This document shows, piece by piece, positions 47,951 to 62,622 of a stretch of 64,000 nt of DNA (position 1 is its first letter; each line of letters begins with the position of its first letter). Source of the DNA: Heterodontus francisci (taxonomy: Eukaryota). The stretch spans positions 11,312,550 to 11,376,549 of the forward strand of contig NC_090404.1 of the NCBI RefSeq assembly GCF_036365525.1, read 5' to 3'. The position numbers were made by a program, and so were the translations under genes. Under the pieces are notes generated by a model. It was not told the DNA's origin. It saw only the letters and a list, made by a program, of their open reading frames with translations, and ran no database searches.

Positions 47951-49231
47951 TTAGGACTTATTCTAGGACTTATTTCACATCCTCCCAATTGCTTTACAGT
48001 CAATAATTTAATTTTGACAGTGTGGTCACTATTGCAGGAAACACTGCAGACATTTTGTGCACAGCAAGCAGCAATGTGATTATATCCAGATGGGACATCG
48101 GCCTCATTCCTTCCCCATCCTCACACTTGCTGTAAACACATCACCCCCCTCCCCCACCCATGTGTATTCCAAGTCTAGGGACAGCCCCTCAGCCCCCAGA
48201 AAGTGTTCAATTTCTGATTAAACTGGGAAGAAGCTGCTGATCCCGTTGGGAGACTTCTTAAAATCACTGCACCTGGATTTATTTTGGAAAATCAGACTAT
48301 GTGGAAGGATGTGACTGAGGATGCTGGGAGCTCACACTGGAGACCCTCAGATCCATCCCCTGCCACTCGGTATTGATGTCTCTCCCACTGTTTCCCTCAT
48401 ACCCTTCTCTCTCTCCAGTAGTCGTGGTCCACATCGGAACCAATGACCAAATGCTGGAAACTGGGATTAGGCTATGTGGATTGTTTTTCTGGCTGGTGCA
48501 GACACGATGGGCCAAATGGCCTCTTCCTCGAATTCTATATTTCTATGACGTTGTGAAGATGTTTCCACTTGTTAATGATTGGAAATCCATGGGCCATGAA
48601 TACAGTAACTGATAAATCCAACAGGGAAATAAGGAGAGATTTTTTTTTCTCAGAGAGTGGGTAGAACATGGAAGTGGTTGAGGCAAATAGTTGAGATGCT
48701 TTCAAAAGGAAACAAGGTGAAAACATGAGAGAAAAGAGAACAGAAAGGACTGCTGGAAGGCTGGAATGAGGGAGATGGAATGGGAGCAGAGGCATGAGGT
48801 GTATCAGGACCTGTACAGACCAGTTGGACTGAATGACCTGTTTGTGTACTATGTATTTGTCATTCAATGCAATATCCTTTTCCAGGGGATTAGATGGGGA
48901 GGATCTGCAAATGACAAACTCAAACCAAACATATCGTTAAGAGTTACTCGATTCATCAGGACCTGAATATCATCATCCTTTGAATGTGGAAGGAGAAATG
49001 TTTGTTCTGTCTTTGGGAAAAGATTTCAAACATCAGTGTGACTGGAAAAGCACCGAGACACACACACCCGAGTGAGTGTCCCAATGCACTGACTGTGAAA
49101 GAGTTTTAACCAGTTACAGAGCCTGAAACACATCACCCCATTCACAGTGGGGAGAAACTGTACACGGGTCTGTGTGTGGCCGAGACTTCAACTGATCATC
49201 CAACCAAGAGAGACACAAGGACACTCGCACC

Positions 49232-50326
49232 ATGGAGAAACCGTGGAAATGTGGAGACTGTGGGAAGGGATTCAAATACCCCTGCCAGCTGGAAGCTCAT
49301 CGACGTAGTCACACTGGAGAGAGGCCATTCACCTGCTCTGTGTGTGGGAGGGGGTTCAATAATATTTCCAACCTGCTGAGACACAAGCAAGTTCATACTG
49401 GGGAAAGACCATTCATCTGCCTTAAATGTGGGAAGGGGTTTAAAACTTTATCAGCCCTCCAGACACACCAGCCAGTTCACTCTGATAAGAGACCCTTTAA
49501 ATGTTCTGATTGCGAGAAGAGATTTAAAAGTAAAAACATGCTACTGCTACACCAACGTACTCATGCTGGGCAGAGGCCATTCACCTGCTCGAAGTGTGGG
49601 AAAGGATTTACTCGCTCAACCCACTTTCTGAAACATCAGCGAATACACACAGGGGAGAGGCCTTTCACCTGCTCAGTGTGTGCAAAAGGATTTCCTCACT
49701 CATCCTGTGTTCTGAGACACCAGCGAATACACACTGGGGAGAAACCATTCACCTGCTCCGAGTGTGGGAAGGGATTCATTCAGTCATCCCACCTTCTGAG
49801 ACACCAACTTGTTCACACAGAAAGGAAACCTTTTAAATGTTGTGACTGTGAGAAGAGATATAAAAGTAAAAATGACCTACTGCTACATCAACGTACTCAC
49901 ACTGGGGATTGGCCATTCACATGCTCCGTGTGTGCGAAAGGATTTACTCGCTCATCCTGCGTTCTGAGACACGAGCGAGTTCACACTGGGGAGAAACCAT
50001 TCACCTGCTCCAAGTGTGGGAAGCGATTCATTCAGTCATTCCACCTTCTGAGACACCAACTTGTTCACACAGCAAGGAGACCTTTTAAATGTTCTGAATG
50101 TGAGAAGAGATATAAAAGTCAAAATGGGCTGCTGCAACATCAACGTATTCACACAGGGGACAGGCCATTCGTCTGCTCTGTGTGTGGGAAAAGATTTACT
50201 CGTTCATCCTGTGTTCTGAGACACCAGCGAGTTCACACTGGGGAGAGGCCTTTCACCTGCTCTGTGCGTGGGATGGGGTTAGCGACTTCAAAAAAACTAC
50301 TGAGACACCAGCGAGTTCACAAGTGA
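49232..50326 (+). CDS. 13-finger C2H2 zinc-finger protein, copy 2
   Basis: Protein identical to that of 22455-23549. Confidence 0.93.
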   Translation: MEKPWKCGDCGKGFKYPCQLEAHRRSHTGERPFTCSVCGRGFNNISNLLRHKQVHTGERPFICLKCGKGFKTLSALQTHQPVHSDKRPFKCSDCEKRFKSKNMLLLHQRTHAGQRPFTCSKCGKGFTRSTHFLKHQRIHTGERPFTCSVCAKGFPHSSCVLRHQRIHTGEKPFTCSECGKGFIQSSHLLRHQLVHTERKPFKCCDCEKRYKSKNDLLLHQRTHTGDWPFTCSVCAKGFTRSSCVLRHERVHTGEKPFTCSKCGKRFIQSFHLLRHQLVHTARRPFKCSECEKRYKSQNGLLQHQRIHTGDRPFVCSVCGKRFTRSSCVLRHQRVHTGERPFTCSVRGMGLATSKKLLRHQRVHK

Positions 50327-50569
50327 CTGCAGGGATTGGATTCCGTTATTGCTGCTGTGTATCACATCCAGAACTGAATCCTGACTGGAAACCTGTTTCT
50401 AGTTAGGTTTCCACAGGGCTCGACAAGTGGTCGCTTGATTTTCCTAGTATATATCAATAATTAGACTTAAATGATTAAAAAGTGTGCAGATGATACAAAA
50501 ATTGGTCGTGTGGTTGATAATGGAGAAGAAAGCTGTAGACTGCAGGAAGACAGCAATGGACTGGTCAGG

Positions 50570-50867
50570 TGGGCAGTGGTTAGCACCGCAGCCTCACAGC
50601 TCCAGGGACCCAGGTTCAATTCTGGGTACTGCCTGTGTGGAGTTTGCAAGTTCTCCCTGAGTCTGCGTGGGTTTTCGCTGGGTGCTCCGGTTTCCTCCCA
50701 CATCCAAAAGACTTGTGGGTGATAGGTAAATTGGCCATTATAAACTTATAGTGTAGGGAGGTGATAGGGAATATGGGATTACTGTAGGGTTAGTATAAAT
50801 GGGTGGTTGTTGGTCAGCACAGACTCGGTGGGCCGAAGGGCCTGTTTCAATGCCGTATCGCTGAATA
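50570..50867 (+). mobile_element. HE1/V-SINE-type SINE within a CR1 fragment, copy 2
   Basis: Duplicate of 23793-24090. Confidence 0.88.
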
Positions 50868-51500
50868 AAAATTTTTTTAAACTAAATAAAATTGGCAAAT
50901 GGAATTCACCAGAGAAGTGTGAGATAATGCGCTTGGGGAGGGTAAACAAGGCAAGGGAGACACAGTGAAAGGTAGGATTCTGCCAAATGTAGAGGAACAG
51001 AAGGACCTTGGAGTACACACCCACAGATACCTGAATGTAGCAGGACAGGTAGATAAGGTGGTCAAGAAGGCATATGGGATACTTTTGTTTATTAGCCAAG
51101 GCCTGGAGTATAAGAGCAGGGAGATTATACTGGAACTGTATAACACACTAGTTAGATACTTTATCATATAATTGCAGTCAGTGTTTAGTTAATCAGATCT
51201 AGGGGATAATGTTAACTAACAAGTGATAGTGACAGTAAAAGATTCTGAATTATTTAGTAAATTAAAATCTAATATATATAGATGACAAGAGTTAAGTAAA
51301 ACATTTAAGCTAACTCCATACAAAATAGAATGACATTAACGTTATGGAAGCAGCTGACAAATGACTATCAGATTAATCTTTATTTATTTACATCTTCAGT
51401 TTATTCCAGCGAAGTTAATTAATACTCTAATAAATAAAAGCATGGCAGAGCATCTCAGTCCAGTGGAGGGAACATCCTGTTCCATGTGGCAATACAATGT

Positions 51501-54357
51501 GAGGTGGTGCTATTGTGGTAATGTCATTAGCTAAATAGCCCAGGCAAATGATCTGGAGGCATGGGTTCAAATCCCATGGCAGATGATAGCGTTTGAATTC
51601 AATTGATGAATTTGGAATTTAAAAAGAAAACATTTGGTTCACTACTGCCCTTTAGGGAAGCAAATCTGCCAGCCATATCTGGTTTGGCCTACATATGACT
51701 CCAAAATCCACAGCAATGTGGTTGACTCTTAAATTACCTCGCAAGCCACACTGTTGGAGTCATACGGCACTGAAACAGGCCCTTCAGCCCACTAAATCTG
51801 TGCCAACCATCCATCACCCATTTACACTAATCCTACATTAATCCCATGTCCCCTACCACATTCCACCTTCCCTCAATTTTCCTACCACCTACCTACACTC
51901 AGGGCACTTTACAATGGCCAATTTACCTATCAACCTGTAAGTCTTTGGCTGTGGGAGAGCACTGGAGCACCCACGTGGTGACAGGGAGAACATGCAAACT
52001 CCACACAGGCAGTACCCCAGAATCAAACCCGGGTCGCTGGAGCTGTGGTGCTGACCACTGTGCCACCCTCCCCCCACCACCCACACCTCCAAGGCAACAA
52101 AGTTGCCTTCTGGCATCGACCTAGGCACCGGAAATGACAAAAACAAAACCAGCCCTGTTGACCCTGTAAAAGCCTCCTTACTAACAGCTGGAGGAATCAA
52201 AACTTACAGGCAATGTCCTCCACACCATCATCACCATCCCTGATCATGTCCTCTCCCACCAGTATGACAGACCTAGAAGAAGTGGCAGCACAGTGGTGTA
52301 CAGTTGGGAGGGAATTGCCCTGGAAGTCTTCAACTCCAGACCCCATGAAGTCTCACGGCATCAAGTCAAAGGAAACCTCCTGCTGATTTCCACCTCCAAC
52401 CCCTACCCTCCTCAGCTGATGAATCAGTCCTCCTTCATGTTGAATACCAATTGGAAGAAGCAATGAGGGTGGCAAGCGTATAACATACTCTGGGGCTTCA
52501 ATGTCCATTGCCAACAGTGGCTCAGTAGCACCACTTCTGGCTGAGTCCTAAAGAACATAGCTGCTAGATTGGGTATGTGGCAGGTGGTGAGGGAACCAAC
52601 AAGAGGGAAAATCATAATTGACCTCGTCATCACCAATCTGCCTGCCGCAGATGCATCTGTCCATGACAGTATTGGTAGGAGTGACACAGAGATACAAATT
52701 TGTGGAGACAAATTTACATCTTCACATTGAGGATACCCTTCATCGTGTTGTGTGGCACTACCACCATGTAAAATGGGATAGATTTCAAACAGATCTAGCA
52801 ACTCAAAATTGGGCATTCATAAGGTGCTGTGGCCCAACAGCAGCAGAATTGTACTCAACCACAATCTGTAACCTCATGGCCTGGCATATTCTGCACTCCA
52901 GCATTATCATCAAGCTGAGGGAGCCAACCCTGATTCAATGAACAGTATAGAAGGGCATGCCACGAGCAGCTCCAGGTATACCTCAAACTGAGGAATTTAC
53001 TTGGTGAAGCTACAACACAGGACAACTGACATGCCAAACAGTGTGCAATAAACAGGGCTGAGTGATCCCACAACCAATGGATTAGAGCTAAGATTTGCAG
53101 TCCTGTCACATTCAGTCGTGAATGGTGGTGGACAATTAAACAACAGGCAGAATGAGGTGACTCCACAAATATCCCCATCCTCAATGATGGCAGTGCCCAG
53201 CACATCAGTGCAAACGACTAGGCTGAAGCATTTACAACAATCTTCAGCCAGAATTCCCGAGTGGATGATCCATCTTGACCTCCTCCTGAGGTCCCCAGCA
53301 TCACAGAAGCCAGTCTTCAACCAATCTGATTCACTCCATGTGATATCAAGATATGACTGAAGGCACTGGATGCTACAAAGGCTATGGGCCTTGACAATAT
53401 TCCGGCAATAGTACTGAAGACCTTTGCTCCAGAACTTGCTGCGCCCCTAGCCAAGCTGTTCCAGTACAGCTACAACACTGGCATCTACCCTGCAATGTGG
53501 AAAATTGCCTAGGTATGTCCTGTACACAAAAAGCAGGACAAATCCAGCCTGACCAATTACCGCCCCTTCAGCCCACTGTCAATCATCAGTAAAGTGATGG
53601 AAGGGGTCATTGACAGTGCTATCAAGCGGCACTTGCTTAGCAATAACCTGCTCATGATGCTCAGTTTGGGTTCTGCCAGGGCCACTCAGCTCCTGACCTC
53701 ATTACAGCCTTGGTTCAAACATGGACAAAAGAGCTGAGGTGAGAGTGACTGCCCTTGACATCAAAGCAGCATTTGACTGAGTATGGCATCAAGGAGCCCG
53801 AGCAAAACTGGAGTCAATGAAGATCGGGGGGAAAATTCTCCCCTAGTGGGAGTCATACCTAATGCAAAGGAAGATGGTTGTGGTTGTTGGCGGTCAATCA
53901 TTTGAGCTGCAGGACATCAATGCAGGAGTTCCTCAGGGTAGTGTCCTCGGCCCAACCATCTTCAGCTGCTTCATGAATAACCTTCCTTCAATCATAAGGT
54001 CAGGAGTGGGGATGTGCACTGATGATTGCACAATATTCAGCACCATTTGCAACTCCTCAGATACTGAAGAAGTCCAAGTAGAAATGGACAACATCCAGGC
54101 TTGGGCTGATAAGTGGCAAGTAACATTCGTGCCACACAAGTGCCAAGCAATGACCATCTCCAACAAGGGAGAATCTAATCATCTACCCTTGACATTCAAT
54201 GACATTCCTATCACTGCATCCCCCACTGTCACAATCTGGCAGATCACCATTGTCCAGAACTGAACTTACCACCACATTCTCAAGGGCAATTAGGGATGGG
54301 AAAGAAATGCAGGACTAGCCAGTGACGCCCACTTCCCATGAACGAATTAAAAAAATA
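51501..54357 (+). mobile_element. Decayed tRNA-headed LINE with nested SINE, copy 2
   Basis: Duplicate of 24724-27580. Confidence 0.8.
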
Positions 54358-54459
54358 TGTTGAATGTGTTGTCAGCTGGAGTAGCAGGAAGGAAAGGATA
54401 ATAGTTGAGAGGTGTTTTTGGACAGAAAGGCTGTTTCCAGTGCGTCCCATGTGGCTCAG

Positions 54460-57400
54460 TACTACATCAAGATCAAGAAGGGAAGGGGGGAGAATAGGAG
54501 AGCGATAGTGATAGGAGATTCAATGGTTAGAGGAACAGACAGGAGATTCTGTGGTCGCAAACGAGACTCCCGGATGGTATGTTGCCTCCCGGGTGCCAGG
54601 GTCAGGGATGTCTCGGATCGAGTCTATGGGATTCTTAAGGGGGAGGGGGAGCAGCCAGAAGTCGTGGTACACATTGGTACCAATGACATAGCTAGGAAAA
54701 GGGATCAGGACCTGAAAAGTGAATATAGGGAGTTAGGTTGGAAGCTAAAAGGCAGGACGAGCAGGATAGTAATCTCAGGATTGATACCGGTGCCACGTGC
54801 TAGTGAGGCTAGAAACAGAGAGCAAGTGCACCTGAACACGTGGCTGCAGAGCTGGTGTAAGAGGGAGGGCTTCAGATATGTGTATCATTGGGATACCTTC
54901 TGGGGAAGGAGGGACTTGTACAACAAGGACGGGTTGCATCTGAACTGGAGGGGCACCAATATCCTGGGCGGGAGGTTTGCTAGCGCTCTTCGGGAGGGTT
55001 TAAACTAGTTTGGCAGGGGGATGGGAACCGGAGCTACGGATCAGTGGATGGGGTAGCTGTTGAACAGGCAGATACAGAGTGCAGAGAGTCTGTGAGGAAG
55101 GGTAGAGAGTTGACAGGGCAAAGTTGCAGCCAGTATGATGGGTTGAAGTGTGTCTATTCTAATGCAAGAAGTGTCAGGAATAAGGATGATGAACTTAGAG
55201 CATGGATCAGTACTTGGAGCTACGATGTTGTGGCCATTACAGAGACTGGGATATCACAGGGGCAGGAATGGATGCTGGATGTTCCGGGGTTTAGATGTTT
55301 CAAAAGGAATAGGGAGGGAGGTAAAAGAGGTGGGGGAGTGGCATTGCTAATCAGGGATAGTATCACAGCTGCAGAAAGGGAGGTCGTCGAGGAGGGTTTG
55401 TCTACTGAGTCATTATGGGTGGAATTCAGAAACAGGAAAGGAGCAGTCACTTTATTGGGAGTTTTCTATAGACCCCCCAATAGCAACAGAGACACGGAGG
55501 AACAGATTGGGAGGTAGACATTGGAAAGGTGCAGAAGTAACACGGTTGTTGTCATGGGTGACTTCAACTTCCCTAAAAGTGATTGGAACCTCCTTAGTGA
55601 AAATTGTTTGGATGGAGCAGTTTTTGTCAGGTGTGTCCAGGAAGGTTTCCTGACTCAATATGTAGATAGACCAACTAGAGGGGAGGCTATGTTGGATTTG
55701 GTGCTTGGCAACGAACCAGGCCAGGTGGCAGATCTCTCGGTGGGAGAGCATTTCGGTGATAGTGATCACAACTCCCTGACCTTTACTATAGTCATGGAGA
55801 GGCATAGGAGCAGATGGGATGGGAAAATATTTAATTGGGGGAGGGGAAATTACAGTGCTATTAGGCAGGAACTCGGAACAGATGTTCTCAGGGAAATGCA
55901 CGACAGAAATGTGGAGGTTGTTTAGGGAGCACTTGCTGCGACTGCTGGATAGGTTTGTCCCGATGAGGCAAGGAAGGGATGGTAGGGTGAAGGAACCTTG
56001 GATGACAAGAGATGTGGAACAGCTAGTCAAGAGGAAGAAGGAAGCTTACTTAAGGTTGAGGAAGCAAGGATCAGACAGGGCTCTTGAAGGTTACAAGGTA
56101 ACCAGGAAGGAACTGAAGAATGGACTTAGGAGAGCTAGAAGGGGACATGAAAAAGTCTTGGTGGGTAGGATTAAGGAAAATCCCAAGGCGTTCTACACTT
56201 ATGTGAGGAACAAGAGAATGGCCAGAGTGAGGGTAGGGCCGATCAGGGATAGTGGAGGGAACTTGTGCCTGGAGTCGGAGGAGGTAGGGGAGGTCCTTAA
56301 TGAATACTTTGCTTCAGTATTCACCAGTGAGAGGGACCTGGTCGTTTGTGAGGACAGCGTGGAACAGGCTGATATGCTCGAACAGGTTGATGTTAAGAGG
56401 GAGGACGTGCTGGAAATTTTGAAAGACATGAGGACAGATAAGTCCCCGGGGCCAGACGGGACATACCCAAGGATATTAAGGGAAGCGAGGGAAGAGATTG
56501 CCGCGCCTTTGGCGATGATCTTTGCATCCTCACTGTCCACTGGAGTAGTACCAGATGATTGGAGGGTGGCAAATGTTCAAGAAAGGGAATAGGGATAACC
56601 CTGGGAATTATAGACCAGTCAGTCTTACGTCGTTAGTGGGCAAATTATTGCAGAGGATTCTGAGAGACAGGATTTATGATTATTTGGAAAAGCATAGTTT
56701 GATTAGAGACAGTCAGCATGGCTTTGTGAGGGGCAGGTCATGCCTCACAAGCCTTATTGAATTCTTTGAAGATGTGACAAAACACTTTGATGAAGGAAGA
56801 GCAGTGGATGTGGTGTATATGGATTTTAGCAAGGCGTTTGATAAGGTTCCCCATGGTAGGCTCATTCAGAAAGTAAGGAGGCATGGGATACAGGGAAAGT
56901 TGACTGTCTGGATACAGAATTGGCTGGTCCATAGAAGACAGAGGGTGGTAGTAGATGGAAAGTATTCAGCCTGGAGCTCGGTGACCAGTGGTGTTCCGCA
57001 GGGATCTGTTCTGGGACCTCTGCTCTTTGTGATTTTTATAAATGACTTGGATGAGGAAGTGGAAGGCTGGGTTCGCAAGTTTGCCGATGACACGAAGGTT
57101 GCTGGAGTTGTGGATAGTGTGGAGGGCTGTTGTAGGTTGCAATGGGACATTGACAGGATGCAGAGCTGGGCTGAGAAGTGACAGATGGAGTTCAACCTGG
57201 AAAAGTGTGAAGTGATTCATTTTGGAAGGTCGAATTTGAATGCAGAATACAGGCTTAAAAACAGGATTCTTGGTAGTGTGGAGGAACAGAGGGATCTTGG
57301 GGTCCATGTCCATAAATCCCTCACAGTTGCCACCCAATTTGATAAGGCTGTTAAGAAAGCGTATGGTGTGTTGGCTTTCATTAACAGGGGGGTTGAGTTT

Positions 57401-57985
57401 AAGAGCCACGAGGTTATGCTGCAGCTCTATAAAGCCCTGGTTAGACCACACTTGGAATATTGTGTTCAGTGCTGGTCGCCTCATTATAGGAAGGATGTGG
57501 AAGCTTTAGAGAAGGTGCAGAGGAGATTTACCAGGATGCTGCCTGGACTGGAGGGCATGTCTTATGAAGAAAGGTTGAGGGAGCTAAGGCTTTTCTCATT
57601 GGAGCGAAGAAGGATGAGAGGTGACTTGATAGAAGGGTACAAGATGATGAGAGGCACAGATAGAGTGGATAGCCAGAGACATTTTCTCAAGGTGGAAACG
57701 GCTATCACCAGGGCACATAATTTTAAGGTGATTGGAGGAATGTTTAGGGGAGATGTCAGAGGTAGGTTCTTTACACAGAGAGTGCTGGGTGTGTGGAATG
57801 CACTGCCAGCGGTGGTAGAAGACGCAGATACATTAAGGACATTCAAGCGACTCTTGGATAGGTACATGGATGATAGTGGTATGAAGGGTATGTAGGTAGT
57901 TTGATCGTAGAGTAGGTTAAAGGTTCGGCACAACATCGTGGGCCGAGGTGCCTGTACTGTGCTGTATTGTTCTATGTTCTATGTT
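54460..57985 (+). mobile_element. Long CR1 LINE (esterase ORF1 + disrupted ORF2), copy 2
   Basis: Duplicate of 27683-31208. Confidence 0.95.
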
Positions 57986-57996
57986 TAATGTCAGTC

Positions 57997-58927
57997 GGAG
58001 GCAGAGCAAGAGAGAGAGGAGCATGGCGGGAGCAGAGAGAGAGAGGAGCATGGTGGGATCAGAGAGAGAGAGGAGCATGGTGGGAGCAGAAGAGAGAGGA
58101 GCACAATGGGAGCAGAGGTTTAAAAAGTGCGTCAAAAGAACAGAGGTGGAGACAGAGTAAGAGAGAGGAGTACAGCAGGAGTGGAGAGAGAGGAGCACGG
58201 CGGGAGCGGAGAGAGAGGAGCAGGGAGGAAGCAAAGAGAGAGAGGGGGCAGCACGGTGGGAATGGAGAGAGAGGAGCAGGGCAGGAGTGGAGAGAGAGAG
58301 GAGCACGGTGGAAGTGGAGGGAGAGAGAGGAGCAAGGCAGGAACAGAGAGAGAAAGAGAGGAGCACTGCGGGAATGGAGAGACAGAGGAGCAGGGCGGGA
58401 GTGGAGAGAGAGAGAGGAGCATCGCAGGCATGGATAGAGAGAGGAGCAGGGCGGGAGTGGAGAGAGAGAGGAGCACAGCGGGCGTGGAGAGAGAGAGGAG
58501 CACAGCGGGAGTGGAGAGAGAGGAGCAGGGCAGGAGTGGAGAGAGAGATAGAAAAGCAGGGCGGGGGCAGAAGGAGTGAGAGAGGAGCACTGCCGGAGCG
58601 GAGAGACAGAGAGGAGCACGGTGTGAATGGAGAGAGAGAGAGGAGCATGGCAGGCATGGATAGAGAGAGGAGCACTGCAGAAGCGGAGAGAGAGAGAGAG
58701 AGAGGAGCATGGTGGGAGTGGAGAGAGAGAGAGAGGAGCACGGCGAGTGTGGAGAGACAGAGGAGCAGAGCGGGAGCAGAGAGAGAGTGAGGACTACAGT
58801 AGGAGCGGAGAGAGAGAGAGAGGAGCATGGCAGGAGTGGAGAGAGAGGAGAGGAGAAAGTTTGATCTCTAATTGATCTGAGAGACAGTTTGATCTCGAAT
58901 TGACCTGAGAGACAGTTTGATCTCTAA
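57997..58927. repeat. GA-rich satellite plus short 28-bp minisatellite, copy 2
   Basis: Duplicate of 31220-32150. Confidence 0.92.
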
Positions 58928-59806
58928 ACGAACTGTACAACAGTTTTCTTTTTACTTGAGGGAGTGGAGAGAGAGGAGCAGAGTGGGAGCGGAGAGAGAG
59001 TGAGAGAGAGGGGGGAGCAGAGTGGGAGCGGAGAGAGAGCGAGAGGAGCAGGGCAACTTTCAAAGTTACAAAGACAGCGTTGAATGTCGATGAAAAATTT
59101 CAGTTTATTTCACTCTCTTCACTAATCAGACTGAGGTGGTTGACAGGGTTGGGGACGGGGCGAGGACGAGGTGGTGAGGTTTCGGTGGGCATCGGTTTTC
59201 ATTAACCTTCCGTTGGGAGCACCGAGGAGAAGATTTCCTCTGGTTTCTCTGTATTAGCGATATCCCAACCTGAATGGGAAATGTAATCTGCTGGCTAGTT
59301 TAGTAGAATAGCTGCTCATTATCTTAGAATGTGTTCACTTTGCCACTAGCAACAGCGAGCAGAAGAAATCTACCCCACCGAGTGGAAACTCCAATGTTGC
59401 AAGAGAATGAAATTAATGCTGTCGGCGAGCCATCACCCACCCACAGAAATCAAACACACACTCAGAAAAGGGACGGATTTGAGCCCTTTGAGTATAATTA
59501 CAACCTTCAGCAAAGTTAGTCATTTCTGCGCTGGTTTAAGTAGCGTGAAACAGAAAAATAATACATCGGCATTGAAGTGGAACCTGAACTGGAACACACA
59601 CTATACACGGTCAGTTGGCCGATTAAACCTGCGCGGGTTTCTCCTGTTCATCTCTCATTCTGGAATGAGTGAAATCTAAAATCTGTATTCAGTGCTGTTG
59701 GGACCTGTCCTGCGGGAATATTCTATCCGAGTAGTATTTGTCCTATTCAGACATTCACAGGGCGGGTAGTCTGGACACACATGGTTCTATTTACAGAGTT
59801 GTCTGC

Positions 59807-60112
59807 AGTTTTATTTTCTCTTGGGCACAGAACTGTGAAGCTGTTGGTTTCAGAGCACAGTAATACACGGCGCTGTCTGACTGATCCGCCCCACAAACTC
59901 TCAATTGAAACGTGCTCTCCTCTGTGTTCAGCTCGGCTGTAAAACGATGCTTGGTAAAGTCGGCTGAGAACGTGCCTTATTTGGTGAGATGTTTCCCCGA
60001 GCCGGATGGGGAACCTGCCAGCAACAGAATGGATCAGCGACAGTATCTGTTGCTGTAAAACTACAATTCAGCATCACTGTTTCTACTTCCTGCACATTCT
60101 CTTCTTTTCGCT
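59807..60112 (-). pseudogene. V5 pseudogene, copy 2
   Basis: Duplicate of 33030-33335. Confidence 0.85.
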
Positions 60113-60721
60113 CCCACTCTGTTTGTTGCAGTCACTTGATCAGTGAGCAGTAGCAGTTTATCCAAAGGCATCTAGAGATGGAACCATCGCCATTTCCACT
60201 CCATCAGCTCCCAGTGCAGCTGTTGGTGGTGCTGTTCCCTGTTTGGTGTTGGTCGGATCAGTAGTGCAGTGGGGCGGGGATCTGTATTTCTGCTCGGACA
60301 GAACTCCCACACTGCTGAGTTACAGACTCAGGGAGCATCATGCGGAACCGGCTCACACCGCTCATCATCATTATATCACTTCTCAGGAAATATTCTCAAC
60401 AAGTACAGTCAGCAACCCCGGACATCTGCCACAGTTTAGGACTTGAGTCTTATGGCCTCACAGTTCGGAGGAGACTTCATAGTTCTGAAGGTTATTCCTC
60501 TATGGTCGATTAATTGGATGCACCCCCTCTATTCAGTTCAGTTCCAGCCAACTGGAGCGCCCCCTGATTGTGACTCTGACACAGAATGGGAACTTGTTTT
60601 ATATTTGTTTCACTAAGGTTGAAATTTAAGGTGCTCACGAAACGAACACAGATTGGAAGATTATTGCATTAATAATAAACATTATTCCTGTGCTGCACTG
60701 TTAGTTGGACAGCTGTTGATT

Positions 60722-62539
60722 TGTCTGTTTTTGCGCTAACAGGTGAGGTCCCAGAGGACTGGAGAATAGCCAAAGTTGTTCCTTTGTTTAAGAAGGAGAG
60801 CAAGGATAATCCAGGAAATTATAGGACGGTGAGCCTTACGTCAGTGGCAGGGAAATTATCAGAGAGGATTCTTCGGGACAGGATTTACTCCCATTTGGAA
60901 ACAAACGAACTTATTAGCAAGAGGCAGCATGGAGTTGTGAAGGGGAGGTCATGACTCACTAATTTGATTGAGTTTTTTGGGTGGCGCAGTGTTTAGCACC
61001 GCAGCCTCACAGCTCCAGGGACCCGGGTTCGATTCCGGGTACTGCCTGTGTGAAGTTTGCAAGTTCTCCCTGTGTCTGCGTGGGTTTTCTCCGGGTGCTC
61101 CGGTTTCCTCCCACAAGCCAAAAGACTTGCAGGTTGACAGGTAAATTGGCCATTATAAATTGTCACCAGTATAGGTAGGTGGTAGGGAAATATAGGGACA
61201 GGTGGGGATGTTTGTTGGGAATATGGGATTAGTGTAGGATTAGTATAAATGGGTGGTTGATGTTCGGCACAGACTCGGTGGGCTGAAGGGCCTGTTTCAG
61301 TGCTGTATCTCTAATCTAATCTAAAGTGACAAAGATGATTGATGAAGGAAGAGCAGAGGATGTTATCTATATGGACTTCATTAAGCCTTCGACAAGGTCC
61401 CTCATGGCAGACTAGTCCAAAAGGCGAAGTCACATGGGATCAGAGCTGTGCTGGCAAGATGGATGCAGAACTGGCTCGGTCATAGAAGACATACGGGAGC
61501 AGTGGAAGGGTGCTTTTCTGAATGGAGGGCTGTGACTAGTGGTGTTCCGCAGGGATCAGTGCTGGGATCTTTGCTCTTTGTAGTATATATAAATGATTTG
61601 GAGGAAAATGTAGCTGGTCTGATTAGTAAGTTTGTGGACGACACAAAGGTTGGTGGAGTTGCGGATAGTGATGAGGATTGTCAGAGGATACAACAGGATA
61701 TAGATCGGTTGGAGACTTGGGCAGAGAAATGGCAGATGGAGTTTAATCCGGCCAAATGTGAGGTTATGCATTTTGGAATGTCCAATGCAGGTGGGAAGTA
61801 TACAGTAAATGGCAGAACCCTTAGGAGTATTGACAGGCAGAGAGATCTGGGCGCACAGGTTACTGAAAGCGGAAACACAGGTGGATAAGGTAGTCAAGAA
61901 GGCATTCGGCATGCTTGCCTTCATCGGTCGGGGCACAGAGTATAAAAATTGGCAAGTCATGCTGCAGCTGTACATAACCTTAGTTAGGCCACACTTAGAA
62001 TATTGCGTGCAATTCTGGTCACCACACTACCAGAAGGACGTGGAGGCTTTGGAGAGGGTACAGAAGAGGTTTACCAGGATGTTGCCTGGTCTGGAGGGCA
62101 TTCGCTATGAGGAGAGTTTGGATAAACTCGGATTGATTTCACTGGAACGACGGAGGTGGAGGGCGACATGATTGAGGTTTACAAAGTTATGAGCGGCATG
62201 GACAGAGTGGATAGTCAGAAGCCTTTTCCCAGGGTGGAATCGTCGGTTACGAGGGGACATAGGTTTAAGGTGAAAGGGGCAAAGTTTAGAGGGGATGTGC
62301 GAGGCAAGTTCTTTATGCAGAAATTGTTGAGTGCCTGGAACTTGCTGCGGGGGGAGGTAGTGGAAGCAGGTACAATAGCGACGTTTAAGAGGCATCTTGA
62401 CAAATACATGAATAGGATGGGAATAGAGGGATATGGGTCCCCGGAAGAGCAGAAGGTTTTTGTTTGGGCAGGCATCACGATCAGCGCAGGCTTGGAGGGT
62501 CGAATGGCCTGTTTCTGTGCTGTACTTTTCTTTGTTCTA
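60722..62539 (+). mobile_element. 5'-truncated CR1 with nested HE1 SINE (60979-61323), copy 2
   Basis: Duplicate of 33945-35762. Confidence 0.92.
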
Positions 62540-62622
62540 ACACTCTCCTGTAATAAATACTGACACTCCTCTTTTCTCCCCACTCTGCCCGCTGTTCCGT
62601 TCACCTTGTCACATTGAGGCAG